Shown: positions 52,801 through 64,000 of the stretch, piece after piece
Layout: every line of letters starts with the position of its first letter
Position numbering within the stretch: the first letter of the stretch is position 1
Source of the DNA: Balanoglossus misakiensis
Taxonomy: Eukaryota; Animalia; Hemichordata
Direction: 5' to 3'
NCBI GenBank assembly: GCA_040954595.2
Contig: CM082579.2
Location: 6,437,625-6,501,624 of the forward strand
DNA: 64,000 nucleotides
Notes under the pieces: model-generated
Told to the model about the DNA's origin: nothing
What the model saw: the letters and a program-made list of their open reading frames with translations, nothing else
Databases searched by the model: none
Translations under genes and position numbers: made by a program

Positions 52801-55800
52801 TTGACACCGAGTGTCGTTCCATCATGGCTGTCAGCTTCAACAGGGATAATTTGCGTAGCACCATGATCTGACCCGCAGATAGGTTGTGAATTTGGAACGG
52901 CCTGCAAGGAAGGAAAGACAGAAACAAACCTTGGGGTTAACTGATGTAATCAGCAAGAGTGTGGAAACACTAACTGTTTTTCTCGTGTCTGCTTTGAATG
53001 TTGTATTGAGGACAGACTCCTGACAAACAGTCAGAAAATTTCATTATGATAAAAATTTGATCTCAGCCAAAAAATACAAGATAATTTGACCGACAAAATA
53101 CATAATGAAATAAAATTTATATTAGAAAAAAATACCAGAGTAAATTTAAATTAAAATTTTTAAAAGGGTACACTGACATTTACATTAAAAAGACAAACAG
53201 TCACAGAATGAGAATCTGAATACGAAATAAGATGTTTATGTTTTGAACAGCACACGTATACAAATCAAAGCCTTCGCGTCGAACAAGAGATGAAAAGAAA
53301 AGCTGCTTTTCTTCCCCCCCTTTTCTGCCTTCAGCTGCAAAAGAGAACAAGAAATCACCTCTCCCTATACACAGTCATACAACAAAGGAAAGCAAGCTCG
53401 GCTTTAAGCGTGATACGTACATAACAGCGTTGACTGACTCCGATCGCGAAGGCACCATTGTAGATGAGAAGGAGAAAGAGGCAACTGTCATGGCAATGGG
53501 TGAGGGGTGAGATACGTGAGCTCTGATGAACACTCCGCAACTGAGCTGCTGTGTGTGCGCGGCTGATTATTTCAATTGGCTGATCGGGGAGGGGATCTAT
53601 TTTTAGCCGCGCAGTGCGTGGGAGGATGTTGTATATGTGCAGTCACTATAGGGCGAATATGCCTGATTGCCGTGAGATTTAATCAAATCACCCCGTGTTT
53701 CACGAAACGAAATATTTTAATTCGAGAAGAAATTTAAGATTATTACTTTGCAGAAAATTAGGAAGAAATTCTCCAAAGAGGGATTTTTTTCTCATAATGC
53801 ACGAAGTACAAATACTCTGGTTAAAAGGAAATGATTTATTTGGTAGCATTTTTTACATGATGTTTCAGCAATAAAAAAATAAAATTTTATTTTATATTGG
53901 AAAAGTTCTTTGTTCAAAATTTGTTTCTGACAACGCGCACGCCATCAGAAATGCTAATTGCACACAGTCTTTGCCTATGAGCATACAAATCTCCATATAT
54001 GGAGGCAAGGTGATTCGTGACGTGACACTCATTAGCATAAAACACTGTAAGCAGCCCTATGCTGCCATTTTGAACACATATACGTGCAGGCATTACGTGT
54101 GTAGCAGCGGTGGCCATGTGTGATGCGTATATGTCACTTCATCCTCACCTTGAATTAAGACTCGGTCGGTGCGATTTGGAGAAACTGTGCCATCGGATTC
54201 GTGGCCGTCTGTAGTTGAGGGAGAGAGAAAGAAAAACCAGATTAGCCCTCTCTCTCTGGAAACACAGTGCTACGTACGTCTTAGCCAATGTGTCTTTGTC
54301 GACTCTATTGTTGCACTGCCAAATCACAACGCTTTTAACATTCAGATTGGAGACAATGGCTGTTTTTTTTTCCTGTTCTTTTGTGTGCGTATTTTTACAT
54401 ACTCGACTGCTGTTTGCTTGCGGTGTTCCATCACAATTTCATTCTCTTCTGGGAGTCTATTTAGGATTCCTATTTACAGCCATAAATTTGCTGACATCTA
54501 CAAAGAATGGGTGCTCGACAAAAGCCCTGATTTCCCATTCAAAACACCACAATATAGGTAAACACCACAGTATCAAAGACATGAATTTGGACACCATTGC
54601 TCTCCTCTCCCCCTCCCAGCCCCTCTTCCCTCCCCAGGAGGCCACAAAAAAAGAATGTAGTATGCAGTACTTATACAACAACACATAAGGGATTTAGTTG
54701 TATCACCCCTAAATCCTGACAGGGCTTCGCGTCCCAAAGGCATGCACAGACAGCGAAAAACGCTGTGCAAGGTGATGCTAGATCTGAAGTCTAGATAAAC
54801 TGTCTATGTCAAGAGCTCCTAGTCCCCGGCGACTGAATGGATCATCACGCACAAAAATCAACCGTTGTTTCTTAGAGCATTCAGGGCCGTTGTATTAACT
54901 CAAGGAAAAGCATTTTTGCAGTTTCTTCCAGCAATTGATGGTTTTCAGCAGGACAGCCTGTGGGGAGGGCACCCCGTGGATAGTCACGATTTCTCTCTTA
55001 CATGTACAAAGCAATTTAACAAACGCTTCTTCTTGTCAATATCAAAAGAACTGTGGGTTAGCAAAAAAATATAGCTTCAAGGACACAACACTGTTCTTGT
55101 ATATCCATCCTCTCAATAGGTAAATATAAAAGTGGGACAACTGTTCCAGGAAGGTGGGCGACGACTCAAACCTAAAAATATCATAATTTCCCCAATTTCC
55201 ACTTTTGTTGTTGATCAGTGAATTTAAAATACAAAAATAGAAAACAAGATGTTCCCCTTCTCCTTAAAGTTCAGTTAGTCTTTAAACACTTTCACTTTCA
55301 AACTGATTGTGTTTAATATACTTTCAGATACAATCAGGAGCTAAATCAATAAAAAAAAAAATTCTCACGACCCGCATCAAATTTTGCGAAATTTTGTTAA
55401 AGTACAAAGTTTCGTTCATTTCAATTAGGATTTTATGATGTTGAGAATAATAAGAGAGTCTGTGATGGTCTAGCACTGGCTCAAATGATCTTTGAGATTG
55501 ACTACGCAACTAATAAGAAACAGTTACCTGACTGATCTTGATAGGGAACTGCCCACTCCTGAGTCTCTGCGTTCCCTCATGCGCATGACCCCACCATTGA
55601 TGTCCTCGGTAGAACCTGCCGTGTCCATTTCGCTGGTATCCTGGCAGGACGAGGTTCCGCTGTGGCCACCGTCGATATCACTCGGGGCGTGGTGGTTGTG
55701 GTGGTGGTGGCTTTTCTTCGGTTCTGTTTCCGGAGTTGTGTCGAGCGTGGGCGAAGGCAGCGGGGAAGCCACGGAAATGTCGTCTGTTCCTGCAGAAATC

Positions 55801-58800
55801 CCAAAAATACAGACTACGTTCTAAATTCGGAATAAATAAGCTTTCGTACCCATTTGCTGTTCGCCACCGGCAATTTGAGTTTCCTCCCCCCCCCACCAGT
55901 TACTGTTTCATTGCAACTGTGCCGTTTGTAAGTGAGGCAAGTATTAAACTATCCCCATTGACAAATGCAGAAAACGGCATGCCACCAAGTTAATTTCCAG
56001 CAACAAATATTGAGGTACATGAGATTACTCGGGCCTTCAAATTTACAAACGGTGTGAAACAGTGAGCTGCCAGCCACAACATGGCGCTGTTGATAAGCAA
56101 AATTAAATGCAAATATCATAAAACTTTGTAAATCAACAAGTACTACTTACCGCTGTATGTGGTGTCGTGGACACTGTTGCACTCCTCGAGTTGATTAATT
56201 TGATGAAGGTTCTCGTTGATCCCATTCAGCAGTTTCTCCACCTCTGCGCTGATGGCGTTGATGTCGTCCATGTCGACTTCGGAGCCCTCCTCTTGCCACG
56301 TGTCGTAGGATTTCTGCGAGGCCGTGTCGCACCTCTCCTTGGCGGCGTCCACCGCCTCGAAGACGATGTGCTCGCCGCCGTTGAAGTCCTCCTCCGTCCT
56401 TAGCAGCTTGTTGATGTTGTTGAGGATGTCCTGCTTCTCCGACTCGATCTCCGTCGACGACATGCTGGCGGAGCTCATGTTGCGGTGGAACCGGAACGCG
56501 TCAACGTCGTCGTCGGCCAGCGCGAACGTCGACTCCAGCTCGCTCATGGCCGGCACGCTGTTGGACCGGCAGTGGTCCAGGTTGGACAGGTTGCAGATCT
56601 CCTTCCTCAACTGCTCCTCCAGGCTGTCGAGGCTGAAGTCCGTAAATGGCATGCGGTCCAGGCTAGCGTGCAGCGTCGCCGGCACGTTGTCGTAGATGCT
56701 GCCGCGGTCCAGGCCCGCGCTTCTGTCCTCGGAGTTGCGCCGCCGCTTGGTCGGGCTGGAGCGCGGCGGCTGGATTGGCTCGCGGCAAGAATCGCTACCG
56801 AAGTTGAAACTACCCGTACGCGTGTTTATCCGGCTACCAGTCCCTGTCTCGATGTAACCATTGGACAGCAGTCGCGGGTACGTACTACTGGAAAACGCCT
56901 CGTCGTTGCCGTTGCAGCTGCGTATTTCAGATTGTGAGCGGGTCAGCGTGACGGAACCATGGCGCGGAGGGCTCTCTGCCACGTCTGAGTTTTCCGAAGG
57001 GCAGCCCATGCTCTCGATGGGGTGGTCGTGATTGAATATCATCCCACCCCTTTTGCTTTTGTCGAGCGGTAGGTTTTCCGTTTTTGTCCTCCGGGTGACA
57101 GACGGCGACGACATCTGTCTCTCCCTCTCGTTCTCCTGCGCCACATTCAGATCCACGCAGTTGTAGAGTTCAATCTTGTCCTGCAAGTTGCTGGAACTGG
57201 TCACGATGGGCCCGCTGATGCTGAGCCCCTCCTTGGCGTGCCGTTTCTTCAGGCTGGAGTATTTCTTCCCCTTCAGGCTGTCCAGCCGCTTCAGCAGGCT
57301 CTTCGCTCCCTTCATGCGCTCGTTCGTGTTCACCGAAAAGTCCTTGTGAGTCGTCTTCTCCACGAGAATCGGGGAGGAGATTTCGATGAACGCCTCCCTC
57401 GGGGCGGGGCCTCGGCCCGGCGTTTTGGGGCTGGCAACCTTGCTCCCGTTGCCCTTCATTGCGTCGCAGTCCAAATCTGGCGCGGGTATCTCGCACACTC
57501 TCTGCTGTCGTTCCAAGCTATCGAACGCTCTCACGGCAGAGCACGCTGGATCAATTTGCATACTCTCATCCACTTCGCTCTCTTTCGCTTCACCCGCACC
57601 GGAGTTACTATTCTCCTGGATGTACGTCTCCAGTGGATTCAGCCTCCGAGACCAGCGCCGGCTACTCCGTTGGAATTTCCACTTACGGCTTAGCGCACAC
57701 TGGTCGTCCTCGTCCGACTCTTCTCCCTGTGTGTCGGGGAAAGCACACGAAAAAAATCCATTAATATATTAAACGACAATACCTCTCTCCCCATTTTTTT
57801 TTTAATTTTCATTTTTCATTTTCATCACACTCAATAATCCTCTTAGCAGTCCACCCACACTTGAAAAACAGCAGGGTTTCCTGCCAATCAGCCGCCACAT
57901 GGCAACTGACACAGAATAAGCAGGAACACTTTAGATGTCCTACGTGCTGCCATAAACGGTTACCAGTCATTCATAACATCAAATGCCACCATGTTTTTAT
58001 CAATCAGGAACAGATGGAATTGATGACATTCAAAATGGCACTTCAAAAGAATAATAAATCCCACGCATTTTCAGTTTTTAGATTACGGGCAACCACGATT
58101 TTTTCCAAAGCTGACAGTCAATATAAGAATTTCAGGAAATTTCTACACAAGCTTCACGATTAACACAGACATACAATCCAGGTCCCTTACGCCAAACACT
58201 TTTAGCTTTCTTCATTCTCAATTGCATAAAATGTTATTCTTTGACAATCAATCACGCCGGCCACAACCAGATTTTTCTTTCTGACCTCGTGTTTCAAAAT
58301 AAAATACTGGCTGAGACTCACAATTCATCTCCATCTCAGAAGAGATGCTAATGTGTTGTTTGTGAATGCTTGTTGCTAGGGTAACCTGCTACTGTTACGG
58401 TTAATATTAGAATTGGTCACACCTCTTAATCAGATCAGCTGACAACACTTAAAATAGGAAGCCGGTCGTGCTAGCCACTACACGTGACAAGAAATATTTT
58501 TTTTTATATATTTTGATATTTCACATGCATTTTTTTGTCAGTTACACAAGCACGTGTTAGCTTCAGTTGACCGCTGTCTGGTTCCCCAGTGTGTTATTAT
58601 GCTGAGGCACTTCTTCTCCCTCTGATAATTTTGTTCTCAGAATTCAGTTGTAAACAGCTTGGTTCGTTCGCTCATTTACAGCTATCATGAGAGCTGATGA
58701 TACACGTCAACTAGTTGCTGTTGATAATGTTCTCGTTTGCTAGGTTTTTCTTCAAAGTGGATTTGATGTCAAATTTATATTTTTCAAGACAACTTTTCCT

Positions 58801-61337
58801 TCTTTATTATGATCCAAAGACAGTTCATCAGGGACAGGGGGTGGTGAGGTGTGTGATTTTTACACAAGATGGTCAACTTGTAATAGGGATTTGTTTCATC
58901 ACAGTCTTGTGTGTCTGTGTCTGTGTGTGTGTTTGGTGACTACGGTGTAACTTAAGTTGTTTTACTCACAGTTCTCTTGGCTGTAGTTTCAATCTTCAAA
59001 GAGGCGCATTTGTTAAGAATGTTGAGTCGTCTGCAGAGAATAAATCATGAAAGATAGAAAGAAACACATAAGAACTATGGAATGTACAAAATAACACATT
59101 TTAGGAGACATCTTATTTTATTTCCCCACACCAACTTTTAATACTGAAACCTATAACAGCCCTGTGGTTGTCAAAAACCAGTCCACAGAAGGTATACTTC
59201 TTACACAAGAGTGTTGTCACGTCACTGTTTCTAATATTAACACGCTAGCATGCGTAACTGCAGATTTTGGCATCTCCGTTTCCTTCAGTTGCTTGCGTAA
59301 AACACAAAAACTACACGGGTTCTTGTGTTTTCCAAAAAAAAACCCACAAAAGCCCCATAACTGTGTTTTCTTGGCATATTCCTGGGTGTTATTTACCTCA
59401 CTACAGCCACTATACAACCTCGCTGTTGTCGAGAAAGCAGCCATTCCGAGACACATTTCCTGCGCAAGTGCATTGGGAGCGAATCCATCGGCATCCAATA
59501 CTATATATGGATCCGATCTAGTTTGCATAACTTGGGATGTTTTGAAACTCCCCTGTTTTTCTACAAGCGCATCGGAAGCTACGTCACTAGCTTTCTCCGA
59601 TGCATTTCCTGAATGCAAATTGATTTTGTACAACCACAACATGTTTTGAATCGTAGACACAGCTGATCAGTGGTGTGTCTGCGGATAACCTGGTTGAAAA
59701 CAAGGATATTTTTCCCTCGCCAATAATTGATTTACAATTGACCGGGTCACGCCTACTCAATTTGACTACCTTCCTACACTATGTTGACACAGAATTGTAG
59801 TTAATGGTGCTTATAGGTACAGTGATCCGAGATCTCGCAAAGATGACATGGTAACCAAAATTGCATGTTCTTTGAAAAAGTCAGTTTCACTTTTTATTTC
59901 TCCAGCACCTTTCCTATCATCTCATTTCAGAAGCTGACATATGCCCCTGTACAAAGCATTTAAAAAAAATCCAACAACAAAATATATTTTCTTTGGCAGC
60001 GACATACATGTCAGGAAAAGTTTCTGATACAGAGATGTTCTAAAGCAGTCTGAAATATGGGGATAATTCCATACAAAGTCTGGGAAACATGGATGGTTGC
60101 TACATAATTTGGGATACTGCAATGGTCCCAAAATACTATCATTTTTTTTGGAGGAAAAAACAGAAAACGGTTTAAAATATGGATACAACAGTAAAGCATT
60201 CTACAGAATTATACAATAAATCCTATTATAGATTCTGCTCCAGTTGGAGCCTGCCAGTTGACACGAATTCCCAGAGGGAATTTGGGATTTTCTCTGTTAA
60301 TAAAACACTCAAAATACACTCAAATAAGACTTACTAAACACATTCCTAATTTGTTTACAACCTAATTTACTATATAACAGCCCAAACGATCATAATTATA
60401 CTAGCTGGACACTGCACCTAATTGGAGGTTTGTTTGTGTTTCCTCAGTGTTACTACGGTAACCCCACCAACATCCGCCGCCTATTCTGTTATTGCCAGGC
60501 TCCACTTCAAAAGCAGACACCTTTATAATGATTGGATACTGGGAAGTGGCGGAGTAAAAATAGAGCACATCCCCACAAATATAGACCATCAAATCATCAT
60601 TATAACTCTTCATTCACAAAACCCTTGGGGCTGCGAGAAAAATAACGCGATATTCAGGATCACGTTAAATAATTGGTAGAAAACGTGGCAAAGGCAATGT
60701 CTAAAGAACCATCAAGGATACTTACCTAAAGAGTGACTGTATGGAATCTCTGTCTAAGAAATCATGGTCTTTGGCTACAGAGTGTATATCTATAGGGAAC
60801 TGAAAATCTGTAAAAAATATACAGGAAAAGACGGGCAAAAAAAAATTTAGTATTTGTTGCTCTGCTTTGATGAGGAACTATTGACTAGTGAGATATATAA
60901 CACTCATTCATCCTTGTCTCCAATTATTTAACGTATATGGTACAACTGAGATCAAAAAGTCTGTTCAGTACAGTAAATTAGGTATTAACAATGCTACTGT
61001 CAGAATGCAACCCTGGTGACCAGAATTTCCTTGGTCTTGAGAGGATATGCAAGGGGATGATTTTAGATGGGAGGGGGGGATTACCCCCCCCCCCCCCCCC
61101 TTTCTGCCTCTGGTTGTTCTGATGACAACCAGAATTTTGCGTGGGTTCCCTTTAAATCTCACACCAGCAATTGAAACCTTGAAAACAACAAAATACTACA
61201 CGTCCACGAAAAATTCAGTCAACGCGAGAAAAGTGAGAATTTACAGACAACCCGCAAAAACTCACCTTCAAACATCTGGGCATATTGAGGAAATCCGGCA
61301 GCTCTCAACCACTCACAGGCCTCTGCTGCTTCAATTT
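46831..61337 (-). CDS. DLC1: SAM-RhoGAP-START protein (DLC1/STARD13/STARD8 family; ARHGAP7 / crossveinless-c orthologue), 5' partial
   Basis: Exons 61337-61266, 60807-60726, 59030-58970, 57726-56151, 55789-55528, 54208-54149, 52901-52776, 51267-51035, 50886-50761, 50379-50249, 48971-48780, 48508-48362, 48036-47873, 47503-47201, 46948-46831. SAM EIEAAEACEWLRAAGFPQYAQ, SIYDNV tensin-binding motif, RERRDSGVGSSL, RhoGAP NVFGVPL…GIFRKPG…MTAHNLAVCFAPSLF, START domain, C-terminus GPETKV. Represents the pre-duplication DLC1/STARD13/STARD8 gene. Confidence 0.95.
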
Positions 61338-64000
61338 CTGCAAGGAAAAAAATAAGAGAATTTTCTGTTGAGAATTGGCCTCTGCAAACTTCACATATGG
61401 TGTACATGTGTGTTACCTCTACAAGTCACAGTGATATATACAAAATGCCGAACCGGTTGCACGAACAATCCTAGTGATATTAATATGCGGATCAAAAGAA
61501 CACCACATAACTTGCTTGTTAATATCATAAACACGTTCTCGCCGATATCAAAACGCAAGATTATGACCATTTCTCATCATTAAAGACAAGGAATAACCAA
61601 TCTATGTGAAATCGCACCATAGTATTGAAGAGAACTTATGATGTACTAAATGTATTTAGTCTAAATATGAGCATTTGATACGGAGAAGTGAAAGACTGAA
61701 AATTACTCCAGGACGAGGAACTTCACAGAAATGATCCAGAAACTTCCACTTCGATAAAAAAGATTAATGCGGTGAGGCAATGAATAACCTGTCAGATAGT
61801 TACCCCTATTTGCAGTCAGTGACCGAAAGACTGACCAGAACTAACAGCTCCTTCACTGGCAAAAGCACTGCTGTAAAACCCTGCCACTATGAAAAATTAA
61901 CACAGCTCCATTTCATCCAAGCTGACTTTTTGAGATACTATCTTCCACACACCGTCGAAAAGATGGGACCGTGTCTTGAGAAATACTAAAAAAGAGCTGA
62001 GATTTCGTTTGGGATCTCTCAGGTGCTTGCCACAAACCACACACTGAAGCAGTCAGTTCCAGGCTATGCAAAATATAAACATCTTGGGCACACATACACA
62101 ACACATAAACATGTTGGCCATTACACTTTATTGTCATGGCAACTCAGTAACAATCTTTTAGCAAAACAATCCTTCTAAAAACGGCACAAGAAATCTGCTT
62201 GGTTGACAGAATCGCTTTAATTTAAAAATTACACACCTCAGCCAAACACACACAGGCCTGGCAAAAAACACCTTGACACTGTGTGGTGACTTTTTTCCTC
62301 CTTTGTTTAGCTATCAAGTGAGTGCAACCGAAATCTGAATCAACACCAGGCCGACAAAAAGTGGACAAACAGGCAGAAAGGCGTTGACAGAATTACCCAC
62401 GCCCATATTCAACAGTTTAATCCAAAGCGCTAACTCCAGCAAGAACTAAGAATAGCAGAACATGGTGACGTTAAAGCCACCCACTTCAGGGCTGATACTT
62501 TGAATCTACAAGGGTGGCCCACCACTGCATGGCACTTCTCTCCTTCTGGTTGGTATATTGCAGTCACACCGAAGAATTCAACTACATGTACTATCGATGT
62601 ATTTTAGAGGTTGAGACAATGTTCTCCCTACATTGGGTGATTTCAAAACTGATGACTTTGAGAAATGAAACTAAACAATGATACCAATACAACCTTGACT
62701 AGTACACCAACATTGTGATCTTGAAAATTATCCAAGAAAGGACAGAAGAAATTGCACAGTTACTTTATGTCACACTGAACTGAAATGGCTGCTGTAACTT
62801 TTACCCATAAATAACCAGACCTACTAGAATTCGTTTAACAAACCCAAAATGTAGACAACTTTTCATGTAAAAGTAAAGTAATGCTCCCCATGGATGACAG
62901 CACAGGACAGTGAGATGATGTCACCACACGTCCAAATATTTGTAAGCGCTACCACGGTTGTTAGCCATAGTGATCTGTATACCCCTCCTGTTGAACAAAA
63001 GTGAACAGCGAACAAAGTTTAAATTTCGGTTGCCCAGCCCTAAGAACGGCCGGCAAGTGGCCGGGCGGAACAGATGGGTCGAAAGGGACAGGTGTAGAAA
63101 CTGAGCGTTACGTACCACTGCTTAGTAGTAGAGTTGCAAGACACAAGTCACGTTTGGAAGGGAACCTGGCAGCGCCCGGGATATATCTCCTCCACTTCAT
63201 TTCACGTATGTACCCTCAAGTGAGCGCAAGAACACTCCACAGCAGTGACAGACTCAACTCGCCGACTGCCCAAAAGTTTTTTGCTCAGAAATGAGCACGC
63301 GAGGTCGACGATACCCGGCTGACACCACACGATGAAATGTCACTAACCGTACTGAGTGGTGTACGTGCTGACTGGCGTATCGCACGCTACTGGTCAGCAG
63401 CCTGGCCCGCAGTACTCAAATTAGTCACCATGCATATCAAGTGATTGTTTTCGTTAAGAGGGATTTGACCAACTGAAGTACATCAAATGAGCTCAAAGGT
63501 CGTTTGGTCATAACCCAGCCTGGTGGCCCCGATACAACACCGAGATTTAGCTGCGACTCAACCATGGCATGGCCTACTGCGGTATCAATAGCGTCACGTA
63601 CTGCTCTGCCGTGCCAAAATGTAAACGATACTGTGCAATCAATAGCCGATACTCGGAGATGAAAAACTTGATTTCACCAAAGAAATGTGCTGAGTATTTA
63701 CTCTAAAGAGTTATTTTTGAAACACAAACATGATTTTTCTATCTCCACTTTTCACCCACTGACCTTTATACGTAAGAACTTTCAATCATCCGAATGCTTC
63801 TGAAGTCTTGCACACTCGCTGGCATACAACAGGTGGTTTGCCTTTTTTTTTAAAAGAGTGTGCGGACAGAACTTGAGACCGATCTCTGAGACAAACATTA
63901 ACCCCAATCCAACATTTTTAGAGAAAGACGCAACCGTTCACTGCTGCTCGGAGAATTCACACACCTGCATTTCTACCCGTGCCGTCACCTCTCCCAGATT

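Noticed and set aside
62921-62969. MANNRGSAYKYLDVW as first exon of the DLC1-like gene
   Set aside because: The available GT donors are phase 0 or 2, while the SAM exon at 61337 needs phase 1.
1-64000. CRISPR arrays, operons, rRNA or tRNA genes
   Set aside because: The sequence is clearly spliceosomal eukaryotic. No repeat-spacer arrays or recognisable structural RNA genes were seen by eye.

Overview
Gene-dense, intron-containing animal genomic DNA, probably a marine invertebrate bilaterian (inferred from gene content; species not identifiable here). All gene models were assembled by hand from GT/GC-AG junctions with consistent intron phase. In order: an N-myristoylated ARM-TIR protein (-, 3' end outside the window), a 2OG-Fe(II) dioxygenase (+), iduronate-2-sulfatase IDS (+), mitochondrial carrier SLC25A43 (-), UFM1 protease UFSP2 (+, head-to-head with SLC25A43), Rad6/UBE2A (-), ANKRD10 (-), and a DLC1/STARD13-type SAM-RhoGAP-START gene (-, 5' end probably outside the window). 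The main discovery lies at 32.5-42.8 kb, between ANKRD10 and the RhoGAP: a tandem cluster of four small secreted-peptide genes (82-89 aa) that I do not recognise as any known family. Each has a signal peptide, a conserved FG(N/D)FRDT motif, a strand-helix segment and a 6- or 8-Cys tail. The four appear to share a 4-exon layout, a TATA box and a CACG(C/T) upstream motif. Paired Cys losses between paralogues suggest the disulfide map, and two copies share an apparent gene-conversion tract. The cluster region also holds a Harbinger-type MITE and a long hairpin element.
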